Shown in pieces: positions 46,047-58,675 of a DNA stretch of 64,000 nt. Each line of letters begins with the position of its first letter. Position 1 is the stretch's first letter. Where the stretch lies: NCBI GenBank assembly GCA_965287045.1, contig OZ336884.1, positions 18,600,001 through 18,664,000 on the forward strand. The letters run 5' to 3'. The position numbers were made by a program, and so were the translations under genes. The stretch comes from Carcharhinus amblyrhynchos. Its lineage: Eukaryota. The notes below the pieces were generated by a model. It had not been told where the DNA came from. It ran no database searches and saw only the letters and a program-made list of their open reading frames with translations.

Positions 46047-47140
46047 TTTTGATTTGATTTATTATTGTCACATATATACAATGAAAAGTATTGTTTCTTG
46101 CACGCTATACAGACAAAACATACAGTAGATAGAGAAGGAAAGGAGAGGGTGAACAATGTCGTATTACAGTCATAGCTACCGTGTAGAGAACGATAGACTT
46201 AATGCAAGATAAATCCATTCGAAAGTCTGATGACAGCAGGGAAGAAGCTGTTCTTGAGTCAATTGGTATGTGTCCTCAGACTTGTGTATCTTTTTCCCAA
46301 TGGAAGAAGGTGGAAGAAAGAATGTCCGGGGTGTGTGGGGTCCTTAATTATGCTGACTGCTTTTCCGAGGCAGCAGGAAGTCAATGAGTGGGAGGCTGTT
46401 TTGCGTGATGGACTGGGCTTTGTCCATGACATTTTATAGTTTCTTGCGGTCTTGGACAGAGGAGAAGCCACTCTAAGTTGTGATACAGCCAGAAAGGATG
46501 CTTTCTCTGGTGCATCTGTAAAGGTTGGTGAGAGTCAGAGCAGACATACCAAATTTCCTTAGCCTTCTGAGAAATTGGAAGCATTGGTGGGCTTTCTTAA
46601 TTACAGTATCAACACGAAAGGACCTGGACAGGTTGTTAGTGACATGGACACCTAAAAACTTGAAGCTCTGGACCATTTCTACTTCATTCCCATTGAGGTA
46701 GACAAGGGCATGTTCTCCACTACTCTTCCTGAAGTTGATGACTATCTCCTTCACTTTGCTGACACTGAGGGAGAAGTCATCGCACCAGTTCACCAGATTT
46801 TCTATCTCTTTCTTGTACTCTGTTTCGTCATTGTTTGAGATCAGTCCCACTATGGTGGTGTCATCAGCAAATTCGAAAATCGAGTTGGAGGGGAATTTGG
46901 CTGTACAGTCATTGGTGTAAAGAAGTATAGTAGGGGGCTGAGAACACAGCCTTGCGGGGCATCGGTATTGAGGATGACTGTGGAAGAGATGTTGTTGCCT
47001 ATCTTTAGTCTGTGATTATGGTCTGTGAGTTAGGAAGTTCAGGATCCAGTCACAGAGAGAGGAGCCGAGCCCCTGGGCGCGGAGCTTGGAGATGAGCTTC
47101 GTAAGAATAATGGTGTAGAAGGCTGAACTGTAGTCGATAA
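46047..47140 (-). mobile_element. Rex1/Babar-type LINE RT and 3' end
   Basis: FADDTTIVGLISNNDETEY..SFKFLGVHVTNNLS..FLRRLRKFG..ESILSGCIT. Confidence 0.85.
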
Positions 47141-47144
47141 GTAG

Positions 47145-48280
47145 AAATCTGCCAATGCAGCTATGTCACTAGAAAACACATCTGTATTGATGAAAAGTCT
47201 GAATCCAGCTATCCCACAAGGGATATCTATCCTTTTGGAACATGCTAGCATGTTGTCATCTCCAAACCTGAAGCACACTTTCATATTCCTTGACCTTGCG
47301 CCAATTTGTCTCATCAAGAGAATGAAGGTAGCATTTAAGCCAGTCCACCGCACACAATGTGGAACTGCAACCATTATCTAAAACTGCACAATTAAATGAA
47401 TCAGCCACCAAAATACTAATCACTGGATTTAACCTGTCAGAGACCAACACAATTCCTTCATGGCAATCCTTTTCATCATTCCCAGCCTTGGAATTATCTG
47501 CTTCATGCATTATTTCGAGAGCTTGATACTTTCACTATGGGCAAAGCAACAATATTTGGAATCATACCAGTAACATTGATTAACCATTCCCTGTGAAGTT
47601 CTCAGGTTGATGTGTCTGAGACTGCCATCCTCGACCTGCTTTTTGTCTCAACTCTCAAATCGGTTATAAGTACAGGTGTAGCCATCTTCAAACTGTCTAT
47701 TAATAAGCCCATCTTTTCTTTAATATTTTGTCGATCTTGAAACTTGGCCACTGCTGAATCCTCCTTCCTTTGCTTTATCACAGAGTTACCTGTTTTCAGT
47801 TGGATGATAGATGGTAATGACTGTCTTCTGAGCAGTTTTTTTTAGGGCAACAATATTTGTCTTTACTTCAGAATTGAGCCCAGTCAATACTAGAAGTCTA
47901 TCAACATGAATCAATAGTCATGTAAGTTAAATCCAAATACTGACTCCAGGATATCAAGTTAAAATCTTTTCAGCGCCTAATAACATCTGTCAAAGTCCAT
48001 GTTATATTCTTCCATGGACAGATTACTTGTTTTTTAAAATCTGTGAAAGGCTTACCAAGGTTCATATGCTTCCAATAAGTCATCCTTTCTGGAAAATTTA
48101 TCCAAAAACTTCAACAGAAGCTCCAAACCCTCTTCATTATTCAAATTATTCACATTATGATCTGAAAACACTTTACTCATGATTTTATTTTTTACTGGTA
48201 ATGATAAAGCCAGAGACATATCTTGCTTCTTTTTGGGTAGTGAAGAGTGGAATTGTTGATACATTGACAATCTTCATGTT
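47145..48280 (-). mobile_element. Ty1/Copia (GalEa-like) gag-protease relic
   Basis: SLPKKKQ..LALSLP..KVFS..EGLELLLKFLDK..KDDLLEAYE and [36 protein letters not shown]; frameshifted. Confidence 0.6.
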
Positions 48281-48429
48281 GTCTGTTGTAACACATCTGG
48301 AGCACTTGAATATAGATGGAAGAGTTCTCCCTGCCTCTTTGATGTTTTTGATGGCCTTTTCTCAGAGGTTGTATTGGATGGGGTTCCTGACCTTGCGCCT
48401 AAGTACAGGATCAACTTCCCTGAAGCCTT

Positions 48430-48900
48430 GATGTCACTTTGATTTCAGAGTTTTAACTCAGTCTGCCTGGTGAATTGTTTAGCCTTTCCTTGGGTCAAAA
48501 ACAGACTGTATGTCATCGAGGTCACCAACAACGATGCAGTCTCTAACCAATTTATGTTTCATGGCTCTGGAAACTGTAGGTATTTGCCAATTAATATCGT
48601 TCATTAATGAAGGAATCATAGATTCCCATGGCCTTTAGCTCCTTTGATTGAATTATGTTCTTTCTAGAACCAAATTCTTTTGGGGGCTGAAATATTTCTC
48701 AAAAGCCTCAACAACCTCATCATATAATGCTAGGATTTGTTGATGCCTTGCCACATGAGGTCATCATCAGCTGTGGCTCCCACAGCATAGAAAAATGTAC
48801 AGACCTGATGTTTCTGAGGTTTCTCTTGTAAACACAAAGCCATTTTATATCTTTCAAACTATCTCTTCCAGAACTCCATCCTAGCTGCAGGTCCTGAATA
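48430..48900 (-). mobile_element. Ty3/Gypsy gag relic
   Basis: KRFERY..QVCTFFYAVG..YDEVVEAFEKYFSP..ERT*FNQR..LVRDCIVVG. Confidence 0.6.
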
Positions 48901-49067
48901 TGTTAGAAAGGTTATGATATGGGTAGTAGTTACTCAGTGACTATTAACATCACGTGTATCTCAATGTCCACTCCTCTCTTTTCTGAGTCTGTTCTTCCCC
49001 CATTGCAAATTTATTACTTCACTTACCATCACTCTTGGGTTGCCAATTGTTGGCCACAGTGTGATGA

Positions 49068-49335
49068 ACTGTGGTTTAGGGGGGATGCGAGGAAAAGCTT
49101 TTTAACCCAGCCAGCGGTGATGGCCTGGAATGCGCTGCCTGGGAGGGTGATGGGAGTGAGTTGCCTCAAATCCTCTAAAAAGTACTTGGATGAGCACTTG
49201 GCATATCATAACATTCAAGGCTATGGGTCAAGTGCTGGTAGATGGGATTATGTAGGAGGTCAGGTGTGTTTTGCATTTGGCGCAGACTCAAGGGGCTGAA
49301 GGACATCTTCTGTGCCATTTGATTCTATCATTCTA
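49068..49335 (+). mobile_element. CR1 3' end of the family whose tail matches V-SINE type A
   Basis: FRGDARKSFLTQ..WNALP; ggcgcagactcaaggggctgaagg..gattctatcattcta. Confidence 0.75.
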
Positions 49336-50057
49336 ACATATCCATTAACCCATTATTCTGCAATTTCCTTGCACAGTTATTTCTTATAGAGGATGATTAG
49401 ATATTTGATAAATAAAGCTTGTCCTTCCTTCTTTTCGAATCCCATGTTTATCATTGAAATAATCTGGATGATCTGATTGAGTTCAATTATTGACCTTTAA
49501 CTCTCCAACATGCTCAATACTAGCAAAGATGCACTGCGCAAGATTTTTCACCCATATATTTCAGAATGCTTTCAGGAAATCCTTAATAGCTGTTGGGCAC
49601 TATAATTTCAAATAGCATTAAAGATGTTAGAATTGCCAATCCTAACAGAAGTCTGATAGCTTAATCACTGGCTAAAATCATGGTGCTGAGTGATCTTAGA
49701 TGAGTAGTGTTCTTTTATATGAGAGGCGTGCTAATCAGCTTCATTACATTTCTTTTTACAGAGATTGTGTAGTTCCTGTTCTATTTAGATTACATTACAC
49801 ATATTATTTTGAGAAACTATGTAATTTAATAATCCCTTTGTCAAATATTCACTTACTTTTCAATTTGGCTTGCTTTTATGTATAAATAAAAAGGGTCAGA
49901 CAATGCGTCTCATTTCACAATAGGAGATTAGATTATCATGTTACAAACATCTCTAGCAACCACAGATGTCCAAATCTATCTTCTCTGTTTCCTTATTATT
50001 GGCTTCCAATCTTCTCCATTTGTTTCTCAGTGGAGCTCCTGTATTATAGCCAACACT

Positions 50058-53000
50058 AGAACCGACAAGGCGGTTATCTCTGGGCTACTGCCTGAACCGA
50101 GTGCGTAAGGTTGATAAGATTAAGGAAGTGAATGGGTGGTTCAGGGATTGGTGTGGGAGGAATGGGTTTGAATTTATGAGGCATTGGCATCAGTTTTGGG
50201 GTAGGTGGGACCTGTTTGGGCGGGATGGGGTTGGTCTGAACCGTGCTGGGACCAGAGTCCTGGCGAATCGTGTAAATAGGACTGTAAACAGGGCTTTAAA
50301 CTAATTAGGGGGGGGGAGGGTGCGAGGGTAGGTGACATTACGGGGTCTAAGGTTAAGGAGAGGGTACAGGTAAGGGAAGAGGCCGAGGATGTCCCAATAA
50401 TAAAGGGAGTAGGGGGCGTGAGTATGGCTGGTGGCGTTCTGGCAAATAGGGTCCAGGTGAAGGCTGGGATGAAGGCACTTTATCTGAATGCACGAAGCAT
50501 TCGGAATAAAGTGGATGAGCTGGTGGCGCAGATCAGCACAAATGGATATGACCTGGTGGCCATTACAGAGACGTGGCTGCAAGGTGACAGGGACTGGGAG
50601 CTGAATGTCCAGGGGTATCAAGTGTTTAGGGAGGATAGGCGGGAGGGAAAAGGGGGGGGGCGTAGCTCTGCTGATTAAGGATAGCATCAGGGTGGTAGCA
50701 AGGGATGATATAGGAACCAAAGAGCAGAAAGTGGAATCGTTGTGGGTGGAGATTAGGAACAGCAAAGGGAGGAAGACGCTGGTGGGTGTCCTCTATAGGC
50801 CCCTGAATAATGATCTGGAGGTGGGGCGGGTAGTTGACGCGCAAATAAGTGCGGCGTGCAGGAATGGAACGACCATAATTATGGGAGATTTCAATCTACA
50901 TATTGATTGGTCGACCCATGTTGGACGCGGTGGGCTCGAGGAGGAGTTCTTGGAATGCTGCCGGGATAGTTTCCTTGAACAGTGTGTTGGAGCCGACGAG
51001 GGAGCGAGCTATCTTGGATCTGGTGTTATGTAATGAGGTGGGTAGAATTAGGGACCTTGCGGTGAAGGATCCTCTTGGGGAGAGTGATCATTGTATGGTG
51101 GAGTTTCTGGTGCAGATGGAGGAGGAGAAAGTGGGTTCCTGGACACGCGTCTTTTGTTTGAACAGAGGGGAGTACGGTAGGATGAGAGAAGAATTGGCGA
51201 ATGTTGACTGGGGGAGCACGTTGGAAGGTAGGTCTGCTGAGGAGCAGTGGAGGATCTTTAAGGAGATCTTTCTTGGTGCTCAGCGGAAATTTATTCCGAT
51301 GGTTAAAAAGGACCGTAGGAGGAGAGGTAATAAGCCGTGGATAACGAAGGAGGTGAAGGAAAGTGTTAAATTAAAAGCGGAGGCGTTTAGAGTAGCTAAG
51401 AGTAGTGGGCGAGAAGAAGATTGGGAGAGGTTTAAATGTCAACAAAGATTGACAAAGAAGTTGATAAAGAAGGGTAGGATAAACTGTGAAGCTGGGCTAG
51501 CGCTTAATATAAAAAAGGATAGCAAGAGTTTTTATAAATATATAAAAAGGAAGAGGCTGGCTAGGGTGAACATTGGACCCTTAGAGGATGAGAGGGGGGA
51601 CTTAGTGGTAGGGGATGGGGAAATGGCTGAGGTCTTGAATAACTTTTTTGTTTCGGTCTTCACGGAGGAAGACGTGAATAATTTGCCAGGTGTTAGCGAT
51701 GGAAAGGTGGTAGGACTGGAGGATCTCAATGACATTATTGTTACTAGAGAGGCGGTGCTCGACAGACTGGAGGCACTGATTGTGGACAAGTCCCCAGGAC
51801 CGGATGGAATGCATCCGAGGGTTCTAAAAGAAATGGCGGAGGTGATAGTGGATGCCTTGGTGGTTATTTTCCAAATGTCGCTGGATTCCGGGGAAGTGCC
51901 GGAAGATTGGAAAACGGCTAATGTTACGCCGCTGTTTAAGAAAGGTGGCAGGCAAAAGGCAGGGAATTATAGGCCGGTTAGTTTAACGTCTGTTGTAGGT
52001 AAAATGTTGGAATCCGTCATCAAGGAGGAAATAGCGAGGCATCTTGAGGGGAATTGCTTGATAGAGCAGACGCAACACGGTTTCGTTAAAGGGAAGTCGT
52101 GTCTGACAAATTTACTGGAGTTCTATGAGGATGTGTCTAGGGCGGTGGATAGAGGAGAGCCAGTGGATGTGGTCTTTCTTGATTTTCAGAAGGCGTTTGA
52201 CAAGGTACCTCACAAGAGGTTATTGCAGAAGGTAAGGGGGCATGGAGTTGGGGGTAGGGTGTTAGCGTGGATAGAGGATTGGTTGTCAAATAGGAGGCAG
52301 AGAGTGGGGGTTAATGGGTGCTATTCGGATTGGCGGTTGGTGACTAGTGGAGTGCCCCAGGGGTCAGTTCTGGGGCCTCAGCTATTTACCATTTATATCG
52401 ATGATCTGGAGGAGGGAACCGAGTGTATGGTGTCGAAATTTGCTGATGACACCAAGATTGGTGGAACGGCAAATTGCGCGGAGGGTGTGGAGAGTCTGCA
52501 GAAGGATCTAGATAGGCTGGGCGAATGGGCCAGGAACTGGCAAATGGAATTTAATGTTGGCAAGTGCGAGGTGGTCCACTTTGGTAGGAATAATGGTAGG
52601 AAGGACTATTACTTACGTGGTGAAAAACTGCAGCAGGCGACGGTGCAGAGGGACCTCGGGGTCCTTGTGCATGAGTCGCAAAAACCCAGCCTGCAGGTGC
52701 AGCAGGTGGTCAGGAAGGCTAATGGGATGCTGGCCTTCATAGCGAGGGGGATTGAATATAAAAGTAGGGAGGTCTTGCTGCAGATGTATAGGGCATTGGT
52801 GAGGCCGCAGCTGGAGTACTGTGTGCAGTTTTGGGCGCCGTACTTACACAAGGATATTTTGGCCTTGGAGGGAGTGCAGAGGAGGTTTACTAGGCTGATA
52901 CCGGAGTTGAGGGGGTTGAGCTATGAGGAGAGGTTGAATAAACTAGGCTTGTACTCGTTAGAGTTTAGAAGAATGAGGGGAGATCTCATTGAGACATATA

Positions 53001-53369
53001 AGATGATGAATGGGATGGATAGGATAGAGGTGGAGAGACTCTTCCCGCTCAGAAAGGACAGTAGGACTAGGGGACACAGCCTCAAGATAAAGGGGGGGTG
53101 GTTTAGAACGGAGTTGAGGAGGAACTTCTTCACTCAAAGGGTGGTGAATCTCTGGAATTCTCTGCCCGTTGAAGTGGTGGAGGCTGCCTCGCTAAATATA
53201 TTTAAGACGCGGGTTGATGGGTTTTTGACAAGTGAGGGGATTAAGGGTTATGGGGAGAGGGCGGGAATGTGGAACTGAGTCACGACAGATCAGCCATGAT
53301 CTTATTGAATGGCAGGGCAGGCTCGAGGGGCTAGATGGCCTACTCCTGCTCCTATTTCCTATTTCTTAT
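50058..53369 (+). mobile_element. young 5'-truncated CR1 LINE (ORF1 C-terminus, ORF2, 3'UTR)
   Basis: ORF1 end RDGVGLNRAGTRVLANR; ORF2 and 3'UTR present; CpG-rich; ends in (c/t)ctattt-like repeats. Confidence 0.95.
50469..53278 (+). pseudogene. CR1 ORF2 apurinic endonuclease-reverse transcriptase with two frameshifts
   Basis: YLNARSI, AITETWL, MGDFN, SDH, NYRPVSLTS, GVPQGSVLGP, FADDTK. +1 shift in the G run at 50652-50660 and -2 shift in the TG repeat near 50982-50988; no stop codons in the reconstructed frame. Confidence 0.92.
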
Positions 53370-53639
53370 TAAGTCAATAGAAGTTGTGGCAGAGTTTAAG
53401 CTTAATGATCAGAAGGATAAACATCATGCAATGGCCAGAACCTTACCATCATTCACACTGGCAGGATTTTCCCACCCTGCTGCAGTGAATGGAGATTTGG
53501 CTGGCCGCCAAATTCCCTGATCTTGCTGCAGCGGGAACGTAGTGTGAGCAATAGCTCAGGTCACGCCTAGCATCTTACTTACTAAGTTACTAACAGGAGT
53601 CGCTTTTCCTTCCCATTGAAATTTTGTGTTCTATATGTC

Positions 53640-53781
53640 TTTTTTATTCACTCATGGGCGTTGCTGGCTGGCCAGCATTTGTTGCCCAGTCCTAGTTGCC
53701 CTTGGTGGTGAGCTGCCTTCTTGAATCACTGCAGTCCATGTTCTGTAGGTTGACCCACAACGTTGTGAGGGAGGGAATTTC
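53640..53781 (-). mobile_element. 3' tail of the LINE family at 26293-27310
   Basis: ggccagcatttgttgccc..ggtggtgagctgccttcttgaa. Confidence 0.65.
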
Positions 53782-54344
53782 AGTTTGATAGTCTTATAAA
53801 CAGCTCCCGGTCAAAAATCTGAGGGCTTTGAGAAATAATGGCAATGGATCCAGATTACCTTGTGAGTTCCAACAGAAAGCAGTGTTCCCTCTAATTTATC
53901 TTTTCTGTGCATGCCACGTTTATTATGAATGCACTTTGCATGGCTATCCAGAGGAGGCATTGCCAACACCCACCATAACTCCCCATTAATGCAGGATGCA
54001 CACTAACTCTGGGTGTTTGCAGTCACCCGCAAGAGATTCTGCTCCTGCCTCCAGCAGGAATCGTAGCTGACAAGACAGAAAATTTGGGCAACCGTTTAAA
54101 GGTCTGCTGACCTCAGGTGGAAATTTCTGGTCTTGGGGCACATGTGGACGGAAAATTAGAGGCATAACTCTATGCAGTATCAAAATATGGACACATTAAC
54201 ATGTTCATGAAAGATTTCTATTTTTTAAAAACAAGCAATCAATCTAGGTTGCGGAAGTTAGGTCCAGCCTCACTACACTTCCAGCAGCAAATTACAGGAC
54301 CCAAAATTTCCGCTCCATGGTATCTCTAAGATGCAGTAACTAAG

Positions 54345-54443
54345 CTCCGGTTTCATCCCACAGTCTGAAAGATGTGCTGGTTAGATGCATTGACCTGAAC
54401 AGGTGCCAGAGTATGGCGACTAGGGGAATTATAGAGTAACTTT
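54345..54443 (+). mobile_element. V-SINE type B fragment
   Basis: cccacagtctgaaagatgtgctggttag..ggcgactagggg. Confidence 0.7.
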
Positions 54444-54563
54444 AATTTTGTGAGTCAGTTATTAATAGTCACAGAAATGCAGAAATTGGCACCTTCAATG
54501 ACTCCTGTCATTGTAGGAACAATGGTCTATCTAGTTTGCCTTCTGCCATCCTGGTAGAAACAT

Positions 54564-54925
54564 GATTTGATTTGATTTATTATAGTCACATGTATTAACA
54601 TAAGTGAAAACTTTTGTTCCTTGCACATTATACAGACAAAGCACACCGTTCACAGAGAAGGAAACAAGAGAATGCAGAATGTAATGTTACAGTTATAGCT
54701 GGGGTGTAGAGAGAGATCAACTTAATGCAAGGTAGGCCCATTCAAAAGTCTGACAGCAGCAGGGAAGAAGCTGTTCTTGAGCCGGTTGGTATATAACCTC
54801 AGACTTTTGTATCTTTTTCCTGTTGGAAGAAGATGGAAGAGAGAATGTCTGGGGTGCATGGGATCCTTAATTATTCTGGCTGCTTTGCTGAGGCAGCGGG
54901 AAGTGTTGACAGAGTCAATGGATGG
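54564..54925 (-). mobile_element. Rex1/Babar-type LINE 3' end
   Basis: HSLFHLLPTGKRYKSL..RLKNSFFPAAVRLLN; (aaatc)n tail. Confidence 0.8.
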
Positions 54926-55809
54926 GACACTGGTCACATGATACAATAACTATGGAGTTGTAGCAAATGCACATCCATTAGTCAACAACAGACCCAGAGG
55001 TGATCTAGGGAAAACTTCAGTGGTGGAGAACTTTGGGGATCATAACTCCAAAGCCACCTTCTTCCTCTTCTGCATGAACAATTTACCAAATGTCATGCCT
55101 CGTATGAATCGTATATTTTCTCCCCAAATTTTGTTTTATCAAATAAGTTTCTCGAATTTATACCGAAATGAATCAATACCAGTTATTTCCATCATCCATC
55201 TCGGGAATATGTTCCATAGATTGACCACCTATTCACTGATCGGCTGGAAGTTTCCGGCAGTTTACATCGGCTGGATGTACAGCAGCGATGTACATCCCCA
55301 CCGTGAGCTTCTTGGCGTCAGGGTGTGGAGTCAATAGAAATTCCCATTGATCACGGCGGGACCAGAAGACCCCACCACAGGTGAATGGCATGCCACTTCC
55401 TGTCACAAGATATATGCAACAGGGAGGGCAGAACACCATCTATAGAATAGTTTTTAATGTAGCTGTGTCCTCTGGGCCTGGCGTACACAACAAGGTGAAA
55501 TAGTTTGTGATGGTCAGCATTTTCTAATAATTTTAGAATTCTAGATACAGCAATCATATTCACTCTCAACTTTCCCTTTTCCAGTGAGAACATGGTCAAT
55601 TTATGCAATCACTCATAATCTTTCAGTTATTCTGGCTCTATGTTTCAAAGGCTGTAACACCCTTCTTATCCTGTGGTGAGTTACATAACTAATGAAGCTT
55701 GTAGCTGACCTTGTTACACAAGTAAATTCCCCTATATCTGCTTCAAATTATGTCAACCACCGTATGGCAAGGGGTATAGGGAATGATAGTATGGAAGTAA
55801 TTAAAGGAT

Positions 55810-56055
55810 TGTTGTATTGCATAATAACTCCAGGAGTGGGCTGTAAAGGAACAATGCTTTATTGTACAATGGTGAACACAACAGGTCCCAACCAGGATAT
55901 GAAACAATGGACCTACTCAGGGGCTGATTTATATAGGGCTCAATATACATGTTCCACCTGGTTTGTTAATGCCAATCCCCAGGGATCTCATATTCAATGA
56001 GTCCTACAGGGAGGTCAATCAGTGATTCCCCATTCAAATCATGGGTGTTATCACA
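55810..56055 (-). mobile_element. possible short solo LTR
   Basis: Minus strand TGTGA...CAACA termini with TATATAAA (about 55928-55935) followed by AATAAA (55858-55863); no TSD seen. Confidence 0.4.
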
Positions 56056-56069
56056 CATTGTGTGCAACT

Positions 56070-56293
56070 TTTTCATGGGATGTGGGCATTATTGGTTGGA
56101 CTATTATTTATTGCCCATTCTTGAGGGCAATTAAGGGTCAACTACATTACTGTGGATCTGGAGTCACATATAGGCCAGACCAGGTAACAAAGACAGATTT
56201 CCTTCCCTGTGATTCGTACCTGGGCCCCCAGAGTATTTCCCTGGGTCTCTGGATTACTACTTTGGCTACAATATCACTGTGCTATTGTCTCCC
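56070..56293 (-). mobile_element. SINE type C (internally deleted)
   Basis: Tail, core and head segments present. Confidence 0.7.
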
Positions 56294-57119
56294 TTTAGCC
56301 CTGGGGATAATGCATCTGACTTCAGGAGCAATTGCCACTTTGGAACCAGGTCTATTGATAGCAACAATGTAGACTGAATTATTGTTATTTATCTATTATT
56401 AATCACTAAAATCACTCAAAGCTTGTTAAATTCACATTGAGCAAATTGAGAATAAAGATTGTTAAAGCATTGGAAACTTCTTCCAGTGCAGGCTGGTGCC
56501 AACTGTTCAGTCTGCCAGGTAAAACCTGGTAGCATTGTGACCAGGACAGGGATGGTACCTTTTGTTTGGGCACTCTGTGCCTATTGAAAACCTGCCCAAG
56601 GTATTACCATACCTCAATGGTTCCCTGCCCCCACAAGCAATTTATCTTTCCTCAACTCTACCCAACCTGCTTCCATATCCTGATTTTCTCAGCTTACGTT
56701 ATCTCTCCCTATTGTGTTAAAGTCGTCTTTAATTAACAGAGCCATCCCTACTAGCTTTCTATTCTTCCTAAATGTCATATACCTTACAATATTCAGATTC
56801 CAATCTATTATATCCTGCAACCATGTCTCTGATGGGGATTAGATCATCCTTACTATTCTTTATTATCAGTCCATCAGTTTTGTTCCAAATGCTATGTGCA
56901 TTCAGATATTTTGTACTCAAAGTAAAAAATGTTTATTATGTTTCTGCAGGCCAAAATTATATTCTCAGAGATTGAAAAGATTGTAAATATATTGTCTTTG
57001 AAAAGAAGGAAGGGATGAGTTTTGTGAGAAGAGGATGGGAGTAAACATTTTTTAGGAAGTGTTCAAGTTTGATGATGTCATATGCCTGAAACTGATAAAG
57101 TTGTAAAGTTTGGAGTCTT

Positions 57120-57493
57120 CTTTTATTCATTGGATATGGGTGTCACTGGTTGGCCAGCTTTTGTTCCCCATCTCTAGTTGCCCTTGAACTGAATGGCCTA
57201 ATAGGCCATTTCACAAAGCAGTTGAGAATCAACCACATTGCTGTGACTCTGGAGCCACATGTAGGCCAGACCAAGTAAAGACAGCAGATTTCCTTCCCTA
57301 AAGTTCATTAGTGAACTAGATGGGCTTTTCCGACAATTGACAATGTTTTCATGTTTATCAGCGGATTTTTAATTCCAGATATTTTTTATTGAATTCAAAT
57401 TCCACTATCCGCTGTGGCAGGATTCAAACCCAGGTCCCCATAGGCTGAGTTTCTGGATTAATAATCTAGTGCTAATACCACTGTGCCATCACC
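57120..57493 (-). mobile_element. SINE type C
   Basis: Full-length reverse copy. Confidence 0.8.
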
Positions 57494-57960
57494 TCTGGGG
57501 GTGCAGGAGTACCAAGATGGGTTCTAAATGACATGAACCTCTTAGGGTGGGATAGATTGCAGATGCTGGATTTATTATTGATTGGAAGAAGTGTGGAGTC
57601 CCTCTGAGAGGGATGAAAGCAGGAACGATCAATAATTTAAAGGACATTGGATGGGCACCTGAGGGAAGTAATCTTTGCAGGGATATGGGGATAGAGTGAG
57701 GGATGAGACTGACTAGATAACACTTCAGAGAGCTGGCATGGACTCGGTGCATTGAATTATTTCCTTTTGTGGCATAATGACTCCAGGTCAGAGTTTTATG
57801 TTGCCTAAGAGGGTTTGTGCCCAATCCAAAATCTGGTGAGAAGATGTTGGGCACGTGTCATCAAGATTATCATGTGATATTTCAATCAGTAGGGTATGTG
57901 GGAGTCAGCAGCACAAGCTATGACAATTCATCCATCCATTAAAGCAATTGACTGGAATAC

Positions 57961-58147
57961 GGGTGGCACCGTGTTAGAACTGCTGCCTCACAGCGCCAGG
58001 GACCCAAATTCAATCCCTGGCTTGGGTCACTGTCAGTGTGGAGTTTGCACATTCTCCATGTGTCTGCTTGGGTTTCCTCTGGGTGCTCTGGTGTCCTCCC
58101 AGTTTGAAAGATGTGCTGGTTAAGCACACTGACCATGCTAAATTCTC
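57961..58147 (+). mobile_element. V-SINE, head and core
   Basis: ctgctgcctcacagcgccagggaccc..V-domain. Confidence 0.8.
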
Positions 58148-58159
58148 AATGGAATACAG

Positions 58160-58675
58160 AAAGGGGAGTTGGAAAACATGGAGACTGATCCTTAATTAAA
58201 ATAGCTCAGAGAAATAATTGTTTGAAACAAGATTTTATTGCCTATCTTTTTGAGAGAGGAGTTTGAAAACACTTGTGTGACAATCATCTGGGGGTCCTTT
58301 GAGGAGAAATCTACAGATGATCGATTGGGTGGCATCTTCCACAAGATTTTTGGAGTGGGTTGTGGTCTGACCCTATTAACCGGTTGCATGTCAGGAACTG
58401 TATATTTACTGAGAACATTATAATATAAGATATATTGTTTAACATGTACCATCCTTGAAATGTGTATATATTTGTAAAGCTAAGTGAGGAGTGAAGGAGT
58501 AATGTATTATAGCCAAAGGTTTTCTGTTTAATGAATGATTTTTCTTGTTGTTAAAAGCTAATTGATGGTCCTGTGATTCTGTACATCCATATTCTCTAAA
58601 AAAGGTAAAAGTTACAGTATTTTGAGCCAGGGTTATATTCCGTGACCTTCTTATCCAGTAGTAACATCAATGTAA
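58160..58675 (+). repeat. second copy of the LTR-like repeat at 886-2372
   Basis: Direct alignment of two blocks. Confidence 0.55.
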
